64,000 nt of DNA. Source: an uncultured Chloroflexia bacterium. GTDB lineage: Bacteria; Chloroflexota; Limnocylindria; Limnocylindrales; CSP1-4. The stretch covers positions 1,467,248-1,531,247 of the forward strand of contig CAVTPA010000001.1 in the NCBI GenBank assembly GCA_963736545.1, read 5' to 3'. The position numbers and the translations under genes are program-made. Of this stretch, positions 38,630 through 48,886 are shown in pieces; the stretch's first letter is position 1, and every line of letters begins with the position of its first letter. The notes beneath the pieces were generated by a model. It was not told where the DNA came from, ran no database searches, and worked only from the letters and a program-made list of their open reading frames with translations.

Positions 38630-41013
38630 TGCGGCCACGCCCAGTCGCGGATCTCGGGCGCGTCCTCGCCCTCGCGGGTGTACGCCCGGGCCTCGATCCG
38701 CTTGTCGACCATCAGCTGGCGGACGTGCGCGGCACGCGGGCCCAGCCCCGGCACGCGGTCGATGACGTCGATGACGAGGTGGAAGCGGTCGAGGTCGTTG
38801 AGCATGACCATGTCGAACGGCGTCGTCGTCGTGCCCTCCTCCTTGTAGCCGCGGACGTGGAGGTTGTCGTGGTTGGTCCGCCGGTAGGTGAGGCGGTGGA
38901 TCAGCCACGGGTAGCCGTGGTAGGCGAAGATGACCGGCTGGTCGCGTCGTGAACAGCGCGTCGAACTCCGCGTCCGAGAGGCCGTGCGGGTGCTCGCGTC
39001 GCGTCCTGGAGGCGCATGAGGTCGACGACGTTGACGACGCGGACCTTGAGGTCCGGCAGGTGCTGGCGGAGCAGGTCGACGGCCGCCAGCGTCTCGAGCG
39101 TCGGGACGTCGCCGGCGCAGGCCATGACCACGTCCGGCTCGCCGCCCTCGTCGTTGCTGGCCCAGTCCCAGATGCCGATGCCGCGGGTGCAGTGGAGGAT
39201 CGCCTCGTCCATCGACAGCCAGCTGCGGCGCCGGCTGCTTGCCGGCGACGATGACGTTGACGTAGTGGCGGCTGCGCAGGCAGTGGTCGGCGACCGAGAG
39301 CAGCGTGTTCGCGTCCGGCGGCAGGTAGACGCGGATGATCTCCGCCTTCTTGTTGACGACGTGGTCGATGAAGCCGGGGTCCTGGTGGGAGAAGCCGTTG
39401 TGGTCCTGGCGCCAGACGTGCGAGGTGAGCAGGTAGTTGAGCGACGCGATCGGGCGCCGCCACGGGATGCTCGCGCGTGACCTTCAGCCACTTCGCGTGC
39501 TGGTTGAACATCGAGTCGACGATGTGGATGAACGCCTCGTAGCAGTTGAAGAGGCCGTGCCGGCCGGTGAGCAGGTAGCCCTCCAGCCAGCCCTGGCACA
39601 GGTGCTCGGAGAGGACCTCCATCACCCGCCCGTCGGGCGCGAGGTGGTCGTCGTCGGGCTCGATCTCGGCCATCCACGCCCGGTCGGTCACCTCGAAGAC
39701 GGCGCCCAGGCGGTTCGAGGCGGTCTCGTCGGGCCCGAAGATGCGGAAGTTCGTCCGGGTTGCGGGCCATGACGTCGCGCAGGAACGCGCCCAGCACCCG
39801 GGTCGCCTCGGCGGTCGTGGCGCCCGGGCGCGGGACGTCGACGGCGTAGTCGCGGAAGTCCGGCAGGCGCGAGGTCGCGCAGGAGCAGGCCGCCGTTGGC
39901 GTGCGGGTTCGCGCTCATCCGCCGGTCGCCCTTCGGCGCCAGCGTCGGCGAGCTCCGGGATCGAGCGCCCCGCTCTCGTCGAACAGCTCCTCCGGCCGGT
40001 AGCTGCGCAGCCAGTCCTCGAGCATCTGCCGGTTCTCGGCGTTCGTCGCGGACCTCGCCCAGCGGCACCTGGTGCGAGCGCCAGGTGCCCTCGACCGGCT
40101 TGCCGTCGACCTCCTTCGGGCCGGTCCAGCCCTTCGGCGTCCGCAGCACGATCATCGGCCAGCGCGGCCGCTCGGTGGCGCCGCCCTCGCGGGCCGCCTT
40201 CTGGATCGCGCGGATCCTCTCGACGACCGTGTCCATGCGCCGCCGCCATCTGCTGGTGCACGCGCGGCCGGGTCGTCGCCCTCGACGAAGTACGGCTCGT
40301 AGCCGTAGCCCTCCAGCAGGGCTGCGCAGCTCGTCCTGCGGGATCCGGGCGAGGACCGTCGGGTTCGCGATCTTGTAGCCGTTGAGGTGCAGGATCGGCA
40401 GGACCGCGCCGTCGCGCGCCGGGTCGAGGAACTTGTTCGAGTGCCAGCTCGTGGCCAGCGGGCCGGTCTCGGCCTCGCCGTCGCCGACGACGCAGCAGAC
40501 GAGCAGGTCGGGGTTGTCGAACGCGGCGCCGTAGGCGTGCGAGAGCGCGTAGCCGAGCTCGCCGCCCTCGTGGATCGAGCCCGGCGTCTCCGGCGCGACG
40601 TGGCTCGGGATGCCGCCGGGGAACGAGAACTGGCGGAAGAGCTTCCGCATCCCGTCCGTCGTCGCGCGTGATGCTCGGGTAGACCTCGCTGTAGGTGCCC
40701 TCGAGGTAGGCGTTCGCGACGATCGCCGGGCCGCCGTGCCCGGGCCCGGTGACGTAGATCGCGTCGAGGTCCCGCTCCGGATGACCCGGTTCAGGTGGGC
40801 GTAGATGAAGTTCAGGCCGGGCGTCGTGCCCCAGTGGCCGAGCAGGCGCGGCTTGACGTGCTCCGGGCGGAGCGGCTCGCGCAGCAGCGGGTTGTCGAGC
40901 AGGTAGATCTGGCCGACCGAGAGGTAGTTCGCGGCGCGCCAGTAGGCGTCGATCCGGTCCAGGTCGACCGCGGACAGGGGTCCCGACGGGCCCGCGCCGG
41001 TTTCGATGGTCAC
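38626..41013 (-). pseudogene. xfp: Xylulose-5-P/fructose-6-P phosphoketolase, many frameshifts
   Basis: GTG at 41013 after GGAAGGAG. Motifs are split across frames: [78 protein letters not shown], and the C-terminus [14 protein letters not shown]...IRDWAWPH. Confidence 0.8.
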
Positions 41014-41132
41014 GTCCGCGCTCCTTCCGGGTGATGTCGGTGTGCTCGCGACGAGTGTAGGCCGGTCCGGGTCCGGCATGATGGGCGGGACCCGGCAGCC
41101 ACGGAGCCAACCGGCCCGCGCAGGAGAGCAGG

Positions 41133-43248
41133 ATGAGCGAGCACACCATCGACCGGCGGGCCGCCCGTCCGACCCGGGCCGTCGTGGCGATCGTCGCCGT
41201 CGTCGCCGCCCTCCTCCTGATCGCGCTCGTCGCGACGGGCATCGCCGCGAGCCCGACGCGCAACCTCCCCGCCTGGAGCGACCTCGACACGCGGTGGGGC
41301 ACGTACCTCTCCGAGCGCGAGTGGGGCACGCCCCGCGAGGCGGTCGGCGGCAACGGCTGGGGCCTCGACTACCTCGACGCGGTCAAGACCGACTACCGCT
41401 TCGGCGAGGACGGGATCGCCGGCCTCACGACGCGGGACGGCGAGTTCGCGATCGGCTGGGCCGTCTGGGACGGCCGCCAGGTCGTCGTGGCGGAGCGCCT
41501 CTTCGGGTGGGGCAACCCGTCCGGAGAGCACGGCGAGGAGATCGTCGACCGGCGGACGTTCGGCCCGAACACGCCGACCAGCAGCTACCACCGCTACGTG
41601 CTCGAGTACCCGGCCGCCGAGCCGACGTTCGAGATCGCCTTCGAGGGCGCCCGCGCCGACGCCGCATCGGGCGTCCTGCGGGCGACCGCGACGAACACCG
41701 GCGACGAGACGCCGCACCCTCGACGTCGTCCTCAAGGGCTGGTTCCACGACCGCGAGCAGCGCGTCGAGCTGACGCCCGACGGTCTCCTCCTCCACGGGG
41801 CCGCGTCCGTGGTCGCGATCGTCGGGCTCGACCCGGCGAGCGCCCAGGTCAGCGACGAGAAGCGGGCGCTCGACAGGAACCTCCGGGACGGCGGGCTCTC
41901 CGGCGAGGGCCCCGGGCACATCGGCGCCCTCGCCTATCGCCCGGAGCTGGCGGCGGGAGCCACCGAGGTCGTCGACCTCGCCTGGGCCGAAGCCGCCGAC
42001 GCGGACGCGGCGGTGAAGCGGGCGAAGGAGCTGCTGGGCGGGGTGGGCGACGTGCTCGCCGTTCGGCGGGACGAGGCCGACGGCCTCTTCCGGGGCCGGG
42101 TCGCCGAGCACGAGGATGTCCACCGCCAGGCGCTGATGAGCCTCCTCTGGAGCCAGAGCCTCTACACGTGGGACGGCACGTCGTCCTACGACCCGGCCTG
42201 GGCCGGGAAGGTCGATGCGCGCGACGTCCTGATCATGCCCGACAAGTGGGAGTTCCCCTGGCTCGCCTCCTGGGACACCGCCTTCCAGGCCGTGACGGCG
42301 GCGCTCGTCGATCCCGAGCTCGGCGCCGACCAGCTGCGCTTCCTCCTCGGCGACCGCTGGCAGCAGCCCGACGGCGCCATCCCCTGCGCGGAGTGGGTCA
42401 TGGGCGTCGAGTGCCCGCCCGTCTTCGCCTGGTCGGCCCTGCGCGTCCACCGGGCCGGCGCGAGCCTCGACTTCCTGCGCGAGGTCTACCCCGGCCTGCA
42501 GCGCAGCTACGACCACTGGTGGGACGTCAACGCCGTCGAGCCGGCGGGGCTCTTCACCGGCGGCTTCCTCGGCATGGACAACCTGCCCCGCGGCCCGGGC
42601 CAGGCCCAGGCCGACGCCTCCGGCTGGATGGCGTTCTTCGCCCGCGACATGGCGACCATCGCGACGGCCCTCGGCGACACGGCGGCAGCGGACCGCTACG
42701 GGGCCGACGTCGCCCGGATCGCCGACGCGGTGAACGCCAACCTGTGGGACGAGGAGGCCGGCTTCTACTTCGACCTCGACGCGGAGGGCGACGGGTTCAT
42801 CCCCACGAAGTCGTACAGCGGCCTCATCCCGCTCGTGGCCGGGATCGTGCCGCCCGACCGGCTGGAGCGGGTCCTCGAGGCGCTCCGCGACCCGGCCCAG
42901 ATGCTCTCGGAGCACGGGGTCCGCTCCGTCTCGCGGAGCAGCGTGATCTACCAGCCCGGCTACGCGAAACAGCGGGGCGTCAACTCGAACTGGCGCGGCC
43001 CCGTCTGGGTGCCGATCAACTACCTGATCGTCGAGGCGCTCGAACCGCTCGACCCGGAGCTCGCGGCGACGATCCGGGAGCGGGTGGTCGACACGGTCGA
43101 GGCGGACTGGCAGGCCACCGGCCGCTTCCACGAGTACTTCCACGCCGACACGGGCGAGGGGATCGGCGCCGACGCGCAGGCCGGCTGGACGGCGCTCGTG
43201 GCGAACCTCGTCGAGGAGGGCTGGCCGGCGCCGGCGTCGGTCGAGTAG
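41133..43248 (+). pseudogene. GH63-like (MGH1/YgjK-type) glycoside hydrolase with N-terminal membrane anchor, one frameshift near 41715
   Basis: N-terminus is in the ORF starting at 41133; the remainder is in the 41809..43248 frame (WEFPWLASWDTAFQ, GFLGMDN, SNWRGPVWVPINYL). The join lies between NTGDET and TLDVVLKGWFHD. Confidence 0.7.
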
Positions 43249-43314
43249 AAGGCGGCAGCGGCTGGGTCGGCCCGCGATCGCACGGACGATCGCCGTCCCG
43301 ACGGCGACGACCCG

Positions 43315-45540
43315 TCAGGACGTGGCGGGTTCCATGGCTCCCACGCCCGCCGGCACAGCGGAGTCGGCCAGGCCGTCGGCGGGGCCGGGGCCCGCGGCCT
43401 CGTCGCCGTCGACGTCGGCAGGCTCGCTGCCGAAGACCCGGAGCACCGTCCGCCAGGTCGCCGCGATGACGCCGATGACCGGCACCGCCAGGAACATCCC
43501 GGCGATCCCCGCCACCGCCGCGCCGGCCGGGATCGCGAGCAGCACGACGGCCGGGTGGATGCTGACCGCCCGGCTGTAGACGAGCGGGGCCACGATGTTC
43601 CCCTGCACGATGTTGAAGACCAGCGTGAAGATGAGCATGATGAAGGCGTCCTGCGTCGAGCCGGTCGCGATCGTCACGAGCAGCGCGAGCCCCGTTGTCA
43701 GCGCGCTCCCGATGTACGGGATGAACCCGCCGAAGAACGACAGGACGGCGAGGGGCCAGGCGAGCGGGATCCCCAGCAGCCACATGACGAGGAACTGGGT
43801 CGCGGCGCCCACGGCGGAGATGGCGCCGGTCCCGATCATGTAGCCGCCGATCACGTTCGTGGCCTTTACCCCGGCCGCCTCGAGCTCGTCGTGGCGCCAC
43901 CGGCTCAGGGTCGCCGTCGCCGCCTCGAAGCCCCGGGCGCCGTCGCGCAGCAGGTAGAACGTCAGGATCGCCCCGAGGACGATGCTGATCGTGAAGGCGA
44001 CGAGGGCGCTCACGAGGACGACCGCGGCGTTGAGGAGGCTCGGCGCGATCGCGCTCACGACCGATGCAACAGACTGGCCTGAGTCGAGCAGGTCGTCCAC
44101 CTGGTCGGCCCCGATCCCCGCCTGCGCCACGATCTCCTGCATCGGTTCCACGAGCGCGGCCAGCGTGAGGACGAGGATCGCCAGGACGACGCCGAAGCCG
44201 CCGATGGTCATCGCCAGCGACGCGGTGGTCGGTGTCGCGCCCCGCTGCAGCAGGGCCCGCACGCCGGGAGCCAGCGTCGCGGCCAGCACCGCCGCGATGA
44301 CGAGCGGGACCAGGATGAGCGGCACCTGGAGGATCGCGGTGACGGCCGCGGCGCCCACGGCGACGAGGACGAGGAGGCGCCAGCCCCACTGGGCGAGCCG
44401 GTCCAGCCAGCGGGGCACGAGCCCTGCCCCCGGCTCCGGGGCGGCGGTCCCGTTCAACGCCCGGATGACCGCGGGCACCATCTCGACCAGGACGACCGCC
44501 ACGGGGACCGCGAGGATTAGGCCCACCATACCGGCGACCACGACGCCGATCGTCAGGGCCACGAGGACGAGCGCGGGATGCACGCCGTGTCCCTGCCAGC
44601 CGCCGGGCCGGACCAGCCGCGGCAGGAGGACGGTCGCGACGGCCAGGACCGCGACCGCCACGATGGCGGCCGCGCTGCCGCTCGACCCGAGCGCGATGAG
44701 GCCGACTGCCGCCGTCGCGGCGACGAGCCCGAGCAGCGGGACAAAGCCGCCGAGAAAGATGATGGCGCCGATCGCGAGGGGCGCCGGAAGGCCCAGGACG
44801 AGCGCGACGACGAGGGCGACCCCGCCCATCATGGTGGCCCGGAGCGCCGTCTCCCGGAGCGACCGGCCAAGGCGGCGTCGCGCGGTCGCCGTCGCGCCGC
44901 CGATCTCGTCCCGCTGCCGCTCGTCAGCGAGCTGGAGGGTCCAGTCGATCGCCCGGTCGGCGTCGGTCACGAGGAAGAAGAGGAGGAAGACGGCGAGGAG
45001 GAGGATCGTCGCCGTCGACGCGATCGCCGACACGGCGGTCGCCGCGGCCCCACCGACCCAGGAGGTGACGCCGTCGACGATGTCGCTCGCGAGCGTCTCG
45101 AGCTGCCGGGGGAGCACGTCCGTGTCCACCAGCCGCTGGAGCTGCTCCACCCCGTCGCGCAGGGCGCGCAGCAGGTCGGCGACGGCCGGGACGAAGGCGA
45201 TGACGAGCACGGCGATCACGGCAACGCCGATGCCGACGGCGGCCAGCGTCACGAGGCCGGCGACCTTCGTGGTCGAGCGGCCGCCGGCGCGCAGGCGCTC
45301 GGCAAGCGGATCGAAGGCGGCGGTCACGGCCGCCGCCAGCACCACCGATGCGACGACGGTGCCGAGGACGGCGGCTCCCGCGAGGACCACGAGGCCGAAG
45401 GCGACCACGACGAGGAGACGCCACCCGAGGCCCGCCGACTGGGCGAGCCAGTCGGGAACAACCGGTTGATCGGGCGGGCGATCGACAAACGAGGTCAGGG
45501 GGCGAGCCTCCGTGCGGCAGCAGGCCGGCGCATCGCGCAA
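43315..45540 (-). CDS. Tandem-fused AI-2E (PerM/UPF0118) family transporter: two complete modules in one 741-aa protein
   Basis: Each half begins with the same element (PDWLAQSAGLGWRLLVVVAFG / PRWLDRLAQWGWRLLVLVAVG). The second half carries FGGFIPYIGSAL and VFNIVQGNIVAPLVYS, typical of AI-2E. The exact start is uncertain. Confidence 0.7.
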   Translation of the reverse strand: MRDAPACCRTEARPLTSFVDRPPDQPVVPDWLAQSAGLGWRLLVVVAFGLVVLAGAAVLGTVVASVVLAAAVTAAFDPLAERLRAGGRSTTKVAGLVTLAAVGIGVAVIAVLVIAFVPAVADLLRALRDGVEQLQRLVDTDVLPRQLETLASDIVDGVTSWVGGAAATAVSAIASTATILLLAVFLLFFLVTDADRAIDWTLQLADERQRDEIGGATATARRRLGRSLRETALRATMMGGVALVVALVLGLPAPLAIGAIIFLGGFVPLLGLVAATAAVGLIALGSSGSAAAIVAVAVLAVATVLLPRLVRPGGWQGHGVHPALVLVALTIGVVVAGMVGLILAVPVAVVLVEMVPAVIRALNGTAAPEPGAGLVPRWLDRLAQWGWRLLVLVAVGAAAVTAILQVPLILVPLVIAAVLAATLAPGVRALLQRGATPTTASLAMTIGGFGVVLAILVLTLAALVEPMQEIVAQAGIGADQVDDLLDSGQSVASVVSAIAPSLLNAAVVLVSALVAFTISIVLGAILTFYLLRDGARGFEAATATLSRWRHDELEAAGVKATNVIGGYMIGTGAISAVGAATQFLVMWLLGIPLAWPLAVLSFFGGFIPYIGSALTTGLALLVTIATGSTQDAFIMLIFTLVFNIVQGNIVAPLVYSRAVSIHPAVVLLAIPAGAAVAGIAGMFLAVPVIGVIAATWRTVLRVFGSEPADVDGDEAAGPGPADGLADSAVPAGVGAMEPATS

Positions 45541-45748
45541 GGATGCGTCATGGCAGGTCCGCTGTCGAGGCGAGCATGCACGATCACGATCGGGGACGGG
45601 TCACCCGGACCGGGCGATCGTCGGCCCGCGCATTCGGGCGCGGAGGCGATCGCGCAGGCACGGCTCGACGAGCGCTTCTTCCGGCGCCCCGGCCTCGGGC
45701 CGACAGCAACCGACCCCTCGGCCGCCGGGGTTGGGGTGCGTCGGCCGC

Positions 45749-46903
45749 CTACGGGGCCGGCGGCGAGCCGGGGAAGATGATCCCCTTCACCGGGTACGTC
45801 CAGCCCGCCTCGGCGGTCGGAAGGACCGCCCACATGCCGTACGACAGCCCCTCGTACCCACCCGTCCCCTCGAACCAGAACAGGATGACGTCGCCGTTCT
45901 TCGTCGAGAACGAGCCGGTCAGCGTGCCGTCCCAGGCGCCGCCGGCGTTCTCCAGCCGCCCGCTGCCCCACTGCACGTGGGCGAACTCGGTGCCGCTGCC
46001 CCACATGTCGTAGTTCCACGAGTACGTGACGGGGCCGCTGACGCGCGGGTCGTTGCTCGTGTCGATGCAGGTGAGGACCCAGCCCCGGCTCTGTGTCGTG
46101 CCGTCCTCGGAGACGGTCTCGGTCCCCTCCGTCGCGGCGCAGGCCTCGGTGCCGGCGACGATCGTCGCCGGGCCGTAGTCGTACGGCTCGGGGGTCGGCT
46201 CGGGCGTCGCGACCCCCGGGGCGACCGTCGGCGTGGCGGCGGGTGCCGGCGAGCCGGCGGCGGCCTGGCGCAGGGCGGCATCGTCCCCGGGCTTCGGCGC
46301 CGGCGGCGAGCCGGGGAAGATGATCCCGTCGACCGGGTACGTCCAGGCCACCTCCGCCGGCGAGAGCAGCGCCCACATCGCGTAGGAGAGTCCCTCGTAG
46401 CCGCCGGATCCCTCGAACCAGAAGAGGAGGATGTCGCCCCTCGGCGTGGAGTACGAGCCGGTCATCGTGCCGTCCCAGGCGCCGCCCGCGTTCTCCAGCC
46501 GGCCGGTCCCCCATTGCACGTGGGCGCTCTGCGCCCACCCGTCGTACTCCCACGTGTACGTCACCGGGCCGCTGACGCGGGGGTCGTTCGACGTGTCGGT
46601 GCAGGACAGGACGGCACCGCGGTAGCGCCCGGTCCCGTCGGCGTCGGTCGTGGTCGTCCCCTGCTTCTCGAAGGTGCACGACTCGGTCCCGCTGACGACG
46701 GTCGCCGCGCCATAGGCGATCGGCTCGGGCGTGGGCGACGGGGCCGGGGTCTCGGTCGGCGCCGCGGTGGGAGCCGCCGGCGGCTTCGCCGTGGGGGGTG
46801 GCGTGGGTGCCCCGGTTGGCGTCGCGCCCGAGCCGCAGGCGCCCACGAGAAACGCGACGGCGAGCATCGACTGCACCCGACCGGCCACGTTCGGCCTGGT
46901 CAT
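45749..46903 (-). CDS. Lipoprotein with two tandem copies of an unassigned ~145-aa domain (NDPRVSG ... WG.GRLENAGGAW.G ... FWFEG.GGYEGLSY ... GIIFPGSPPAP)
   Basis: ATG at 46903 after GGAAGG. Lipobox LVGACG, PT/PA linker, and two repeats that each end in GIIFPGSPPAP; the second is followed directly by the stop. Confidence 0.75.
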   Translation of the reverse strand: MTRPNVAGRVQSMLAVAFLVGACGSGATPTGAPTPPPTAKPPAAPTAAPTETPAPSPTPEPIAYGAATVVSGTESCTFEKQGTTTTDADGTGRYRGAVLSCTDTSNDPRVSGPVTYTWEYDGWAQSAHVQWGTGRLENAGGAWDGTMTGSYSTPRGDILLFWFEGSGGYEGLSYAMWALLSPAEVAWTYPVDGIIFPGSPPAPKPGDDAALRQAAAGSPAPAATPTVAPGVATPEPTPEPYDYGPATIVAGTEACAATEGTETVSEDGTTQSRGWVLTCIDTSNDPRVSGPVTYSWNYDMWGSGTEFAHVQWGSGRLENAGGAWDGTLTGSFSTKNGDVILFWFEGTGGYEGLSYGMWAVLPTAEAGWTYPVKGIIFPGSPPAP

Positions 46904-46947
46904 GGCGAACCTTCCTTCTGCGTGGGGGCCATCAGGGGTCCGAACCC

Positions 46948-47568
46948 CTACCCCCCGGCGCGATCCGCCGCGGCGTAGGTGATGGCGCCCCGGAAGTCGA
47001 TGACCTCGGGCGACGGGGTGCCGATCGGCACCAGCGGCGCGGTCACCCGCGCGTCCCCCCCGCCCGTCGCGTGCGCGAAGCGGCCGGTCCCGCCGACGGC
47101 CCACCAGTCGAGGAGCCCCACGACCTCGCCCTTCGCCAGGTCGATCGCGAACGTGCCGCTGAACGACAGCTCGAGGACGTCGCCGTTGGCGGCCTGAAGG
47201 AACCACTGGGCGTCGCCGACGTCGCCGGTCAGCGTCGCGAAGTCGATCCGCGTGCAGTGCGAACCCCTCTCGACGACGGAGCCGAGGTGGCTCACGATCC
47301 CGGTGCCCTCGTAGGAGAGGACCCAGTTCGCCGCCGGGGAGCAGCGTCCTCCGAACGTGTCGCGCGCGAACGGGAAGCCGTCCGGCACCTGCGACTGCCA
47401 GGCGACATCCTCGATGTGACCCGCGATGGGCACGGTGCTCATCAACTGCCCGTTGGCGGCCATCGCCGGCGATACCGCGCCGAGCACGAGGGCCAGGGCC
47501 GAAAGAACGGCGACCGCGCGCGGAAGCCGTGCGTCCGGTGCCGGCAGCGCCGGCGTCGAGATCTTCAC
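46948..47568 (-). CDS. Secreted protein of unknown function (GGTGRFAHATG motif)
   Basis: GTG at 47568, 9 nt after AGGAGG. Signal peptide AVAVLSALALVLGAVSPAMA. No confident family. The GTGRFA motif recalls dirigent/AOC-barrel-like folds, from memory only. Confidence 0.55.
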   Translation of the reverse strand: MKISTPALPAPDARLPRAVAVLSALALVLGAVSPAMAANGQLMSTVPIAGHIEDVAWQSQVPDGFPFARDTFGGRCSPAANWVLSYEGTGIVSHLGSVVERGSHCTRIDFATLTGDVGDAQWFLQAANGDVLELSFSGTFAIDLAKGEVVGLLDWWAVGGTGRFAHATGGGDARVTAPLVPIGTPSPEVIDFRGAITYAAADRAGG

Positions 47569-47629
47569 ACCACCCTGCCTCCTTGGCTTCGGGACGCGAG
47601 CGGGTGCTGCGACCGACAGCGTCGGCCGC

Positions 47630-48886
47630 CTACGGGGCCGGGGGCGAGCCCGGGAAGACGATCCCGTCGACCTCGGCGGCGCTGGCTCCTGCCGCCTTGT
47701 CGAGCGCCAGGTAGAAGGTCGAGCCCTCATGGGCACCGCCGCCCACGAGCCAGCACGACATGACGAGGGCGTCACCGTCCTGCCACGTCTCGCCGCTGCA
47801 GGGACCTTCCCATGAGCCCCCGTCGCTCTGGAGGCGGAACGGTCCCCACTCGGGGCCGAGAGCCCCGGACCTGAGTGGACCGTAGAGGTCGATGTCGAAG
47901 TCCCACGTCGCCACGCCGGTGACCCGCGGGTCGTTCATCGAGATCGTGAGCAGCGCCACCCCGTCGCGGATCTGGGTGACATCGCCGACTGTCCTCGTCG
48001 TGTACTGCGTCTGCAGGTTCGCCGCCGCGGTTCCCACGACGCGTTCCGCGCCCTCCCCGTCTGTCGGGAGTGCCGGCGTGGCGGTCGGCGTCCGCGCAGC
48101 CGCCGGCGTTGCCGTAGCTGCCGGAGTCGCGGCGACGACCGGGACCGGTGCTGTCGCCGGAGCAGGCGCCGGCGCAGGGGGCGAGCCCCGGAAGATGATC
48201 CCGTCGATCTCCAGGACGTTCGATCCGCGGGCGCGGAAGTAGTAGGTGTAGCCCTCGTAGGCGCCGCTGCCGACGAGCCATGCCGTCACCTGCGACGCGT
48301 TGCCGGTGTTCCACAGCGCTCCGGTCCAGGTGCCCTCCCAGGCCCCGTCGGCGTTCTCCAGCCGATATGTCCCCCACTGCGGGCCGACGACCCCGTAGGA
48401 GTCGTTCGCGCCGCGGATGGTCCCCCTTCCGGTGACGCGCGGGTCGTTCATCGTGTCGACGGTGCTTGCCGCGACTCCGCGCATCCGGACGACGTCCCCG
48501 GCCTTCTCCGAGGTCCCGAACGTCTCCACCGAGACGACCTCGGTCCCCGTGACGACCGCGTTGCCCAGATGGCTCCGTTCCGGCGTCGCCGGCGTGGTCG
48601 TTGCTGGAGCTGCTGTCGGCGCGGGGACCGGCACGAGCGACGTGCGCTGGCCCCACGGCGCTCCTGCCCCAACCGACCAGGCGAGCAGCGCAGCGAGGAG
48701 GGCAGCCGAGATGACGACCGAGGCCGGCACCGGCAGCGGGACACCGAGCCAGGCGAAGACACCGCGGCGTCGCGGCCGAACGGCGTGGGCTGCGACCGCC
48801 GTGGCGTCCACGCTCGTCTCCGCACGATCGGCGAAGGCGCGGACCGCGGCTGTGAGCTGCGCGTCGAAGCCGTCGAGCTCAGGCAT
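47630..48886 (-). CDS. Anti-sigma-factor-like single-pass membrane protein whose extracytoplasmic part is two copies of the same unassigned domain
   Basis: ATG at 48886 overlaps the sigma stop (ATGCCTGA). About 55 cytoplasmic residues, one TM (VVISAALLAALLAWSV), then two repeats with MNDPRVTG, WG..RL...G.WEG, LVG.GA.EG and DGI(I/V)F(R/P)GSPPAP. The protein ends ...FPGSPPAP. Confidence 0.65.
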   Translation of the reverse strand: MPELDGFDAQLTAAVRAFADRAETSVDATAVAAHAVRPRRRGVFAWLGVPLPVPASVVISAALLAALLAWSVGAGAPWGQRTSLVPVPAPTAAPATTTPATPERSHLGNAVVTGTEVVSVETFGTSEKAGDVVRMRGVAASTVDTMNDPRVTGRGTIRGANDSYGVVGPQWGTYRLENADGAWEGTWTGALWNTGNASQVTAWLVGSGAYEGYTYYFRARGSNVLEIDGIIFRGSPPAPAPAPATAPVPVVAATPAATATPAAARTPTATPALPTDGEGAERVVGTAAANLQTQYTTRTVGDVTQIRDGVALLTISMNDPRVTGVATWDFDIDLYGPLRSGALGPEWGPFRLQSDGGSWEGPCSGETWQDGDALVMSCWLVGGGAHEGSTFYLALDKAAGASAAEVDGIVFPGSPPAP

